42,847 nucleotides of DNA from a virus (taxonomy: Duplodnaviria > Caudoviricetes): positions 1-42,847 of the IMG/VR virus record IMGVR_UViG_3300048855_000185. The stretch is one strand, 5' to 3'. Each line of letters begins with the position of its first letter. Positions within the stretch are counted from its first letter, which is position 1. Shown here piece after piece: positions 35,131-42,847 of the stretch. Made by a program: the position numbers and the translations under genes. The notes under the pieces were generated by a model. That model searched no databases. It was given only the letters and a program-made list of their open reading frames with translations, and was not told the origin of the DNA.

Positions 35131-37479
35131 ATGGTTTCGCTTGGGCTCGGCCTTGGCCTGACGATGATGCAGCACGCCGCCCCTTCGGCGCCGCCGGCAG
35201 ATCCGTCCGACGTTCTGGCCTTCGAGGTCATGGGCGTAACTTCCCTTGATCCTGCGGGTTCGCCCGCCTACGGGATCGACGGGAACCGCTGGCTCGGCCG
35301 CGTGCGCGTGGTCGCCCTGCCGGGCGCGGCACCCGACCCGTCGAAGTTCCTGCTGACCGTCCAAGATCCGGGCTTCGATAATGCCGGCGGGGTAATCACG
35401 CCGGTGACCCGGACCCGCTACATGGTCCCGACCGCCGTCGTGCGTCGTCAGGCTCCGAACCAGGCTGCGCCGCTGACGATGGTCGCCGGCGCAGTCGCCC
35501 CGCCGGAGGTCGCGTCCGAGGTCGACTACTTCCTGAGCTGCCCTGGAAGCATCTACGCCGGCTCCACCATTGTCGGTGTCCAGGTCGCCCCCGGCTTCTA
35601 TGGGAACGCGGCGGCCGGCGCGGTCGTGAACGTCATCAACAGTTCGACGCGGAACTATCAGGACCCGGTTCTCGGCTTCATGAACCAGCCGCACGAGCGG
35701 GCCGCCGGCGGGACCTACGGGGTCGAGCTGCACCTGACGCACCGCCACGCCATGAACGGCCAGGCCGTCGCCGGGGTGGAGTTCTTTGCGACCGACGGGG
35801 CGCATGTCTCGCCCAGCGTATTTTCAACCGCGCCTGAGCTGTCGTCGATCCAAGCGCGCGAAGCGATTGCCGAGGTGTTCAAAGCGACGGTCTCGACCGC
35901 TGCCCTGGACCAGGCCGGGGCCGCCACTGTCTGCACGGTCGACGCCAAGGTCTATCCGTGGATCGGCACGCTCTATCAGCTCTCGGTCAACGGCGCGGCG
36001 TGGCCGACGCCGCAGCCCTGCACGCCGCTGCGGTTCGTGAACGACAAGACCGGCGGCTATGGCGGGGCCATCGCTTGCGTAAAGACCGGGGCTGTCGGAG
36101 GGACCGTTTCGGCCTCCATCGCCACCGCCCGTGCTGCGCCTTTCCCGACCATCAACGCGGCCATCACGGCTATTGCGGCGTGGAACAACACGGTCGGCGG
36201 CGGTCACACGGTCGCCCACAACGACTATGGCGGCGCGACCGTCTACCTGATGGACAACGCCGGAGCCGCCCAGGGTCACGAGCTGACGGGGACCGTCACC
36301 GAAGCCGCCGGAACCTGCTGGATCGATGTCCGCCCCGACCCGGCCAACACCGGCCGCGCCTTCTACGCCATGACGGCTTCGCGCCGTGTCGACGGTGGCC
36401 TGTTCCGGCTGCGCTGCGACGTCGACAAGACCGGGGCGACCGGCGCGCTGTCCTGCAACGACACCGCGCAGGGCTCATCGAAGATGCTCAGTGCCATGGA
36501 CGCGACCGTCACCCTGACGGCCGGGGCGACGAACCCCTGGCTGATCAGCGCCGGCCTCGTCTACCAGCGCAACATCCTCTACCCGATTGCGGGCGGCCAG
36601 AACGTCCCGGCGCTGGCGACCCACGGGACCAGCGGCATGCGCTGCGCCCAGGCGATCGGGATCACCTACGGCGACGCCGCCAGCACTCAGTCGGTTGCTG
36701 TCGTCGCGTACATGGCGGTCGGGCTATCGGGGAGGTTCGTCCTCGGCACGCCATCGATTACGTCGCAAAGCACGAACGACGGCGGGATCATCGATAACTG
36801 CAAGTTCTTCGCCATTGGCGTGACCATGAATATCCTCGGGTCCGCCTTCGAGATCTCGCGCGGGTTCGCCATAACGCAATCCGTCATCGAGTTCATCAGC
36901 GGCCAGGACTTCGGGATCAGCGCCAGCGGCGCCACGGCGAACGTCAACAATGTCCTGACTTTCGGCCTGACCATCCCCCACGCGGCCGGGGACCACACCG
37001 CTGACGTCGGGCGCTTCAACCACGGCTACAACGACGTGTCGGCCACGCTTGGCAAGATCTCGGACGTCGTACTGCGGAGCTGCCTGTCCGGCCGCTTCGC
37101 CACCAAGAGCGACTACTTCTCCTACTACAACTCGGGCGGCGTCCTGGGGAACGTCGGCAACGCGGCGATCACCTACAACGTCGATTGCGAGGGCAACGTC
37201 ATGAGCCTCAACAGACCCGTGACGATCGACGGCTCGGAGTATTTCCGCCGGGCCATCGACCCGCTGAGCGCCGTGAACGTCGGCGCCATCCCCTACGCCG
37301 ACAACAAGGCTGGCACGAGCGGCGCGGCGGGCTTTGGCGACTATCGCCTCACCGGGCCGTCGAACCCCGCCTACGGCCGTGTGGCCGCCGGCAGGGCCTA
37401 CCGGAAATTCGACCTGGCGGGGGTCGCCCGCAAGAACGACGGCACCGGCGCGGCCGGCGCCTATGAAAGGACGGTCTGA
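35131..37479 (+). CDS. Large virion fiber/spike protein with N-terminal LGLGLGL anchor
   Basis: ~782 aa; starts MVSLGLGLGL, ends GDYRL...DLAG..R...AAGAYE; GAGGT RBS. Confidence 0.65.
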   Translation: MVSLGLGLGLTMMQHAAPSAPPADPSDVLAFEVMGVTSLDPAGSPAYGIDGNRWLGRVRVVALPGAAPDPSKFLLTVQDPGFDNAGGVITPVTRTRYMVPTAVVRRQAPNQAAPLTMVAGAVAPPEVASEVDYFLSCPGSIYAGSTIVGVQVAPGFYGNAAAGAVVNVINSSTRNYQDPVLGFMNQPHERAAGGTYGVELHLTHRHAMNGQAVAGVEFFATDGAHVSPSVFSTAPELSSIQAREAIAEVFKATVSTAALDQAGAATVCTVDAKVYPWIGTLYQLSVNGAAWPTPQPCTPLRFVNDKTGGYGGAIACVKTGAVGGTVSASIATARAAPFPTINAAITAIAAWNNTVGGGHTVAHNDYGGATVYLMDNAGAAQGHELTGTVTEAAGTCWIDVRPDPANTGRAFYAMTASRRVDGGLFRLRCDVDKTGATGALSCNDTAQGSSKMLSAMDATVTLTAGATNPWLISAGLVYQRNILYPIAGGQNVPALATHGTSGMRCAQAIGITYGDAASTQSVAVVAYMAVGLSGRFVLGTPSITSQSTNDGGIIDNCKFFAIGVTMNILGSAFEISRGFAITQSVIEFISGQDFGISASGATANVNNVLTFGLTIPHAAGDHTADVGRFNHGYNDVSATLGKISDVVLRSCLSGRFATKSDYFSYYNSGGVLGNVGNAAITYNVDCEGNVMSLNRPVTIDGSEYFRRAIDPLSAVNVGAIPYADNKAGTSGAAGFGDYRLTGPSNPAYGRVAAGRAYRKFDLAGVARKNDGTGAAGAYERTV

Positions 37480-38723
37480 TGTTCGATCTCGCATCCGCAC
37501 TGAAGGCCGCCAAGAGCGGCGACACCCTGGTCATCCCGGCCGGCGATTATGGCGACCGCACCATCCGGCGTATCAGCGGACTGACGCTCGATGCAGCCAG
37601 TGCGCGGTTCCGCACCCTAGTGCTTTCGGAGTGCACGGACGTCGAGCTGCGCGGCGTCGTGATCGACTTCACGCCCGATGAAGCGTCCGTGTCCTCAACC
37701 TCGGCGCTGCGCGTCAGCAGCTCCAAGGGCGTCACCATTTCCGGCGGCAAGATCTCCGGGGGCTTAGCCGTCGCGGGCGTCTCGCAGGACGTCCTGCCGA
37801 CCGACCCCCGGCCGGGCGACGCCATTCTAGGTCTGCCGATCGGGCGTGGCCTGACGATCGAGAACTCGGCCGAGGTCCGGGTGCGCGGGTTGGAGATCTC
37901 GAACTTCCACAAGGGCGTCGTCCTTTCGAACGTTGCTGGGTTGGCGATCGTGGGGAACGACGTCCACGACGTTCGCACCAGCACGATCGTGGGCGGCAAT
38001 GTGAGCACGGCGCTGATCGCAGAAAATCGCCTGACCAAGGCCCGACCCTGGAAATTCGGCGGCTCGGGTGATCATGGCGACTTCATCCACCTCTGGACCG
38101 TGCCTGCGAAGCAGACCGGCCCCTCCACCGATATCGTCATCCGCGACAACCTGATCGACCAGGGCGAGGGGGACGCGATCCTGGGGATCTACTTCGATGA
38201 CAACCGCAACGGCCTGGGCTTCGCCGGCGTGGTGATCGAGGCCAACGTCATCCTCAACGGCAACGCTCAAGGGGTCGCCTTAGAGCAGGTGCACGGCGTC
38301 GTCCGCGACAATGTGATGTTGCAGACCAGCGGGACGCCAAAGCAGGGGCCGAGCCTGTTGCTGCGGACCGGCTGCGATGTCGTGGTCGTGGGAAATGAAA
38401 TGCCCGACACCTATGGGACTGTGGCCAAGGCCGCCGAGGGCGGGCGCTATTCCTACAACGTGCTTCGCCCTATCGCGGTCGCGTCGGCCGAAGTGCTGTC
38501 GGCGGTGCGAGAGGCCTGGGCGGGCGAATTTCGAGCGACGCCGGGGCAGCCTGACAACCCGCCGGAGCCGCCGCCTCGTGACGAGCTGCGCGAGATCCTC
38601 GCTCGTCGGACTGTGGTCAAAAGGGAGCCCTTGAAGACCAAGGGCCGCGTGTCGATCGACTTCAAGACGCCGGCGGAATCCGATGCGTTCCTCGCCGCTG
38701 TACTGGCCGTCCCGCAGGCCTAA
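37479..38723 (+). CDS. Right-handed parallel beta-helix protein (putative polysaccharide depolymerase/binding protein)
   Basis: AKSGDTLVIPAGDYG, repeated I..N.. beta-helix rungs, DHGDFIHLW. Confidence 0.75.
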   Translation: MFDLASALKAAKSGDTLVIPAGDYGDRTIRRISGLTLDAASARFRTLVLSECTDVELRGVVIDFTPDEASVSSTSALRVSSSKGVTISGGKISGGLAVAGVSQDVLPTDPRPGDAILGLPIGRGLTIENSAEVRVRGLEISNFHKGVVLSNVAGLAIVGNDVHDVRTSTIVGGNVSTALIAENRLTKARPWKFGGSGDHGDFIHLWTVPAKQTGPSTDIVIRDNLIDQGEGDAILGIYFDDNRNGLGFAGVVIEANVILNGNAQGVALEQVHGVVRDNVMLQTSGTPKQGPSLLLRTGCDVVVVGNEMPDTYGTVAKAAEGGRYSYNVLRPIAVASAEVLSAVREAWAGEFRATPGQPDNPPEPPPRDELREILARRTVVKREPLKTKGRVSIDFKTPAESDAFLAAVLAVPQA

Positions 38724-38786
38724 GGCCGGGCTCCACCTCCTATCACTGCCGCCTCTTCGGACGGAGCGAACGCCCGATGTATCCCC

Positions 38787-39224
38787 ATGCCTGAAAGCGC
38801 TGAAGCTCTCCTCCGACAGGTGCTCTCGGGTCAGGCCGAACAGCGGGCTCAGTTCGAGTCCCTGTCCGGCTGGGTCGAGGCCGTCTCGAAGGACGCCCGC
38901 GAAGCCCGAGATCTCGGCCGCGAGACGGCCGCCAAGCTCAACGAGCAAAACATCGTCGCGCGCCTGGCTGAACACCGGGGCGACGTGCGCACCCAGGTCG
39001 AGGCGATCCGTACTGACTTCTCTGCCGCTTACACGAAGGTTCGCACCGACGCGGCCGACCTGGAGAAGCGCCTCGAAGCCCGGCTCGAGGTTCTGGAGGC
39101 GGACCGCAACAAGGTCGTCGGGATCGCCAGCTTTTTCTCGTGGTTGGCCAGGGTCGCGCCTTGGCTCCTCGCCCTAGGCGCGGCGGCCGTCGCCGGCGCC
39201 AGCATGAAAGACAAACTCCCATGA
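38787..39224 (+). CDS. Coiled-coil protein with C-terminal TM (holin/antiholin-like)
   Basis: 145 aa; hydrophobic C-terminus; first gene of the lysis cassette. Confidence 0.55.
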   Translation: MPESAEALLRQVLSGQAEQRAQFESLSGWVEAVSKDAREARDLGRETAAKLNEQNIVARLAEHRGDVRTQVEAIRTDFSAAYTKVRTDAADLEKRLEARLEVLEADRNKVVGIASFFSWLARVAPWLLALGAAAVAGASMKDKLP

Positions 39225-39574
39225 CACCGCCTAATTGGCCGGACCTGCGCGCGTGGGCGACGCTTGGGATGTTCCTGCTCGTCTTCTACGTCGTGACCCT
39301 GATCGCATTCATCCCGGCGGTCAGCGAAAGCGAGCTTTTCAAAACCATCGCTACGTTGCTGCTGGGCAGCGGGGCCTTCGGACTGGTTTGCGCCTTCCTG
39401 TGGGGCGGCTCCAAGGCCACCACGGGCGCGATCGACACGGTGAACGAGATGGCCAAGGCGAACGCCCCGCCGCCCGGCTCGATCAGCGTGCCGCCGCCGG
39501 CGACCGTTACTGTCGAGACGCCGGCCGACAATTCCACCCAACCTTCGGAGGCCGGAAATGACCGAACTGTTTGA
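39221..39574 (+). CDS. Putative holin (2 TM)
   Basis: Two hydrophobic helices followed by FLWGGSK; directly upstream of the endolysin. Confidence 0.65.
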   Translation: MTPPNWPDLRAWATLGMFLLVFYVVTLIAFIPAVSESELFKTIATLLLGSGAFGLVCAFLWGGSKATTGAIDTVNEMAKANAPPPGSISVPPPATVTVETPADNSTQPSEAGNDRTV

Positions 39575-40112
39575 GCGCCTCGTTGACCCGTTGATCGGCC
39601 GCGAGGGCGGCTATGCGAACCATCCCAGCGATCGGGGCGGCGAGACGATCTGGGGCGTCACGGCGGCCGTCGCGCGCCGGTTCGGTTACGCAGGGCCGAT
39701 GCGTTCTATGCCGCGTTCCTCGGCCGTCGAGATCTACCGCCGGCAGTATTGGTCTGGTCCAGGGTTCGACGCCGTGGCTGGGCTGTCTCCGCAGATCGCG
39801 GAAGAGCTTTTCGACACCGGTGTGAACATGGGGCCGGGGGTCGCGACAGAGTTCCTTCAGCGCCTCCTCAATGGCCTCAATCGCCAGGGCAAGGACTTCG
39901 CCGACATCAAGGTCGACGGCGACATAGGACCGGCCACCATGCGGGCGCTGGGCCAGTATCTGGCCCGCCGTGGGGATGAGGGCGAGGCGGTGCTGCTGAA
40001 GGGTCTGGATGCCCTCCAGGGCGCTCGCTACGTCAGTCTCGCCGAGGGGCGGCCGAAGAACGAGGACTTCCTCTACGGCTGGCTGCGGACACGCGTCGGG
40101 GCCTTGGCGTGA
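39558..40112 (+). CDS. Endolysin, glycoside hydrolase family 108 with peptidoglycan-binding domain
   Basis: REGGYANHPSDRGGETIWGVT, FDTGVNMG, VDGDIGPAT, FLYGWLRTR. Confidence 0.93.
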   Translation: MTELFERLVDPLIGREGGYANHPSDRGGETIWGVTAAVARRFGYAGPMRSMPRSSAVEIYRRQYWSGPGFDAVAGLSPQIAEELFDTGVNMGPGVATEFLQRLLNGLNRQGKDFADIKVDGDIGPATMRALGQYLARRGDEGEAVLLKGLDALQGARYVSLAEGRPKNEDFLYGWLRTRVGALA

Positions 40113-40213
40113 AGTTCTCTGAGCTTCTCCGGCTGTTCAGCCCTGTCGGCTGGGCCTTGATCGGCTTCGGCCTGGCGGCGGGCGCCGACTGGTTCTTTTT
40201 CCTCACAAGGTGA
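40109..40213 (+). CDS. 34-aa single-TM peptide (not in the ORF track)
   Basis: MKFSELLRLFSPVGWALIGFGLAAGADWFFFLTR; GTGA overlaps at both ends. Confidence 0.5.
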   Translation: MKFSELLRLFSPVGWALIGFGLAAGADWFFFLTR

Positions 40214-40644
40214 CCGCGATGCCGTTCTCAATCCCTGCCTGGGCGCTCAAGCTCCTGGGTTGCCTTGCCGTGTGCGCCGTCCTGATTGCAGCCTGGGAAT
40301 ATACGCCGGCGATCGGGCCTCGGGCTCGGGTTGCGGCGGTCGCCGAGGACCGCGACGAGTGGCGGCGTGCACAGGAAGCCTGGGAGCGCAGCTCCCAGGG
40401 CTGGAAGGCCTCCTTCCGCAAGTCAGAGACGCTCCGCGGTGAGGAAGCTCAGGCCGCGATCGCCGCCGTCAATCGAGATCAAACATCCTGCGACGCGCGC
40501 GTGGCCGAGGCGCGACGCTCATCCCTGGCCATCGAAAGGCTGCTCAATGCACCGCCAAAAACTGACGATCGTGGCTGTCCTGCTCGCAGCCTCCTCGATC
40601 CTAGCGAGCTGCGCGACGCGCTCTCCCGATCCGCCGCCCATTGA
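40210..40644 (+). CDS. Inner-membrane spanin (Rz-like)
   Basis: N-terminal TM followed by a coiled coil; downstream of the endolysin. Confidence 0.7.
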   Translation: MTAMPFSIPAWALKLLGCLAVCAVLIAAWEYTPAIGPRARVAAVAEDRDEWRRAQEAWERSSQGWKASFRKSETLRGEEAQAAIAAVNRDQTSCDARVAEARRSSLAIERLLNAPPKTDDRGCPARSLLDPSELRDALSRSAAH

Positions 40645-40852
40645 GCAGCCGAAGGCCCGGGCGCCGGACCCGAAGGTCTGCTCGGACCTGAAGGCTGAGC
40701 CGGCCGTCGAGGGCACGATCGTCGCGCCGGCCAGCATCGAGGAGCGGCTCGCGACCAGCCTGCACCTTCGGTCGGACCAGGCCGCGCGCGACTGGGGGCG
40801 AGAGGGGTGGGGAAGGGCGAAGATCGCTCGCAACCTGCTCTGTCCCGGCTGA
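40547..40852 (+). CDS. Outer-membrane lipoprotein spanin (Rz1-like)
   Basis: MHRQKLTIVAVLLAASSILASC lipobox and Pro-rich body; overlaps the i-spanin 3' end in another frame. Confidence 0.75.
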   Translation: MHRQKLTIVAVLLAASSILASCATRSPDPPPIEQPKARAPDPKVCSDLKAEPAVEGTIVAPASIEERLATSLHLRSDQAARDWGREGWGRAKIARNLLCPG

Positions 40853-40885
40853 CCAACGAACAATTCCAACGCTCAACAAAAGGAG

Positions 40886-41074
40886 ATGAGCATGACCACG
40901 ACTGTGACTGTGAAGGCCTGGCATGGGAGCCCCGTGCGGGTGACCACGATCGACAAGTACGCCGATCAGGCCGCGACCGAGACCACCTATGAACTTGGCG
41001 CCGGGGAGGAGCGAGACTTCCACGCCACGGACACGCGCAAGATCCTGGTTGAGGAACTTCCGAAGCCGGCCTGA
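40886..41074 (+). CDS. Small hypothetical protein
   Basis: ~60 aa; AAGGAG RBS; followed by a terminator. Confidence 0.7.
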   Translation: MSMTTTVTVKAWHGSPVRVTTIDKYADQAATETTYELGAGEERDFHATDTRKILVEELPKPA

Positions 41075-41100
41075 CGCCGGCGTCTGATTATCAGATCATC

Positions 41101-41135
41101 AAAGCCCTCGGCTCGCGCCGGGGGCTTTTTCGTTT
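41101..41135 (+). terminator. Rho-independent terminator ending the late operon
   Basis: AAAGCCCTCGGC-TCGC-GCCGGGGGCTTT followed by TTCGTTT. Confidence 0.8.
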
Positions 41136-41152
41136 CGGGCGCTCCCAAGTAC

Positions 41153-41392
41153 CTAGGTCGCTGAGAGGTGCTTGGCCGCGCCGGCGATGTCGTCTCCGTA
41201 GCGGCTCAGCGCGCCGCAGATCGCTTCGTGGCTGAAGCCGTATCGGTCGACCAGCTCCTGCGCCTTCATGAACGCGAGGTTGTTGCGCAGGCCATGGCCC
41301 TTCTTGTCGCGGTAGTCGTTGACGTCGATCTGCTGGACTAGCGCAGCAAGCGAGGTGGCCAGCTCTGTTTCGCGATCTTCGTTGTCGATCAT
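41153..41392 (-). CDS. Hypothetical protein
   Basis: 79 aa, MIDNEDRETELATSL...; GGAGGAG RBS on the minus strand. Confidence 0.65.
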   Translation of the reverse strand: MIDNEDRETELATSLAALVQQIDVNDYRDKKGHGLRNNLAFMKAQELVDRYGFSHEAICGALSRYGDDIAGAAKHLSAT

Positions 41393-41451
41393 GGTGGAAC
41401 TCCTCCGGGTCAGGACGACTCGACTCGTCAGAGGCGAGGAGGTTCCCCAGA

Positions 41452-42417
41452 GTGGCGCGGAAACATCAGCAGTACGTGCAGCCGAAGCAGCCGCGAGAGT
41501 TCCTGCCGCTCCAACATCCACGCCTGGTCGCCAAGCCGCCCGACGGCGCGCGCTGGGTTCATGAGATCAAGTTCGACGGCTATCGGGTGCAGATGCATGT
41601 ACGCGCCGGCGTCGCGACGATCTTCACGCGCAACGGCCATGACTGGACCGGCAAGTTCCCCGAGTTGGCCGAGGACCTCGCCGAATTGCCCGACTGCATT
41701 ATCGACGGCGAGCTATGTGCGATCGACGCGCGAGGTCAGCCCGACTTTTCGTTGCTGCGCGCCTCGATCTCGCCGGGCAAGACCGGCGCCCTGGTCGTGT
41801 TCGTCTTCGACGTCCTCTGGGGGAAGGGAGAGGACATGCGGCCCTATAGCTGGGATGGCCGGCAGCACGTCCTTGGCGAGATCCTCGACGCCAGTCAGAG
41901 CGCTCGCATTCGCGCGGTGGACCACTTCGACCAGCACGGACCTTCGTTGCTGGCCAGCGCCTGCGCCATGGGCCTGGAGGGAATCGTCTCGAAGCGGAAG
42001 GAGGCGACCTACAAGGGTGAGCGCGGAGACGTCTGGGTCAAGGCCAAGTGCAGGCCGAGCCAAGAGGTTGTTATCGGGGGATGGAAACAGGAACCTCAGC
42101 GGGCCTTCAAGGGCCTGCTGGTCGGCATCTACGACGGAGGCAAGCTCACCTATGCGGGCTCGATCAAGACCGGCTTTCGGGCTGACAGGAACCTGCTGGC
42201 GCGGCTGCGTGCTCTTGAGAGTGAAGCGTCACCCTTCGCTGCCGGCGAGCCGCCCCGCAAGACTTCGGAGATCCACTGGGTGCGGCCGGAGTTGGTCGCC
42301 TCGGCCGAGATCGCCGAATGGACTGCCGGCGGGAAGCTGCGCCAGGCTAGCTTCAAGGGTTTGAGAGAGGACAAGCGGCCGGAGGAGGTCGTGCGGGAAC
42401 GGCCAGGGTCCACGTGA
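41452..42417 (+). CDS. ATP-dependent DNA ligase, LigD ligase-domain-only type
   Basis: WVHEIKFDGYR, IIDGEL, FVFDVL, GLEGIVSKR, WVKAK, LRQASFKGLREDK. Confidence 0.92.
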   Translation: MARKHQQYVQPKQPREFLPLQHPRLVAKPPDGARWVHEIKFDGYRVQMHVRAGVATIFTRNGHDWTGKFPELAEDLAELPDCIIDGELCAIDARGQPDFSLLRASISPGKTGALVVFVFDVLWGKGEDMRPYSWDGRQHVLGEILDASQSARIRAVDHFDQHGPSLLASACAMGLEGIVSKRKEATYKGERGDVWVKAKCRPSQEVVIGGWKQEPQRAFKGLLVGIYDGGKLTYAGSIKTGFRADRNLLARLRALESEASPFAAGEPPRKTSEIHWVRPELVASAEIAEWTAGGKLRQASFKGLREDKRPEEVVRERPGST

Positions 42418-42427
42418 CCCGCGCACC

Positions 42428-42847
42428 TCACTCCTCGGTTGGCGGCGTCGGCCCACGGGCCGCCGTCACGTCGGGCGGCTCGACCTCCTCGGGCTTAACG
42501 AACGGTCCCTTGCCGCGCGACTGCGGACCGTAAGCCGGTCGGCGGGGCCGTGGCGGTGACCCAAGGAAAGCGTACCCGCTAGCACCAGGGGCCAGGGCCT
42601 TGAAGAATACCCGCCCGTCGCAGCGGTGAGCGCCGTTCAGGACCTGTTTGCAGCGCGAGGTCCGGTCCCAAAGGCTAACCCCCGGCCCGGCCAGCCGCAC
42701 TAGGTGGTCGAGATCTACGACGGTCTCGCGCTCGCACATTTCGCAGACCGCATGGACCTTCCAGCCCCTGGCCCACATGTCGGCGGCGGTGCGCACCTTG
42801 TCGCGCCATTCGCTGATGTGGATGCGATTGAGATTGCGCGAGCCCAT
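42428..42847 (-). CDS. Hypothetical protein with putative Zn-binding cysteines
   Basis: VCEMC...VDL...SLWDR..RC...C; start lies at the window edge. Confidence 0.65.
   Translation of the reverse strand: MGSRNLNRIHISEWRDKVRTAADMWARGWKVHAVCEMCERETVVDLDHLVRLAGPGVSLWDRTSRCKQVLNGAHRCDGRVFFKALAPGASGYAFLGSPPRPRRPAYGPQSRGKGPFVKPEEVEPPDVTAARGPTPPTEE

Larger units (their letters stand above)
1893..42847. mobile_element. Temperate siphovirus prophage (HK97-type head, non-contractile tail) integrated at tRNA-Met; right boundary not resolved in the window
   Basis: Integrase abuts the tRNA and is followed by immunity, replication, packaging, head, tail and lysis modules in lambdoid order. Confidence 0.93.

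Noticed and set aside
29918-38723. Diversity-generating retroelement or invertible tail-fiber cassette
   Set aside because: No reverse transcriptase, invertase or duplicated TR/VR segment seen.
41075-42847. attR / duplicate of the tRNA 3' end
   Set aside because: No copy found by eye. It is probably outside the window or too short to see.

Overview
The first ~1.9 kb is host chromosome from a high-GC alphaproteobacterium, probably Caulobacterales (inferred from gene style). It holds a partial asnB-type amidotransferase, a GT4 glycosyltransferase and tRNA-Met(CAT). The rest is an apparently intact temperate siphovirus prophage integrated at that tRNA by a large serine recombinase. Gene order: leftward early operon (including an orphan HTH-ParB protein), cI/cro switch, MazG-like, CtrA-like wHTH, DNA methyltransferase, replication initiator with iterons, NusG/RfaH-like antiterminator, HNH/terminase/HK97 head, tail, an RcGTA-like head-spike module with a beta-helix protein, lysis cassette, and a LigD-type ligase. 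The right att site is not visible. Main observations: (1) eight copies of a palindrome CGAAC-N3-GTTCG spread across the phage, with a ParB that has no ParA, suggesting a KorB-like or parS system; (2) a CI whose S24 catalytic Ser and Lys both appear substituted; (3) an ops-like site and terminator right after the NusG paralog; (4) an integrase ORF that ends inside the tRNA anticodon loop; (5) an in-frame palindromic element inside asnB. All family calls come from motif recognition by eye, not database searches.
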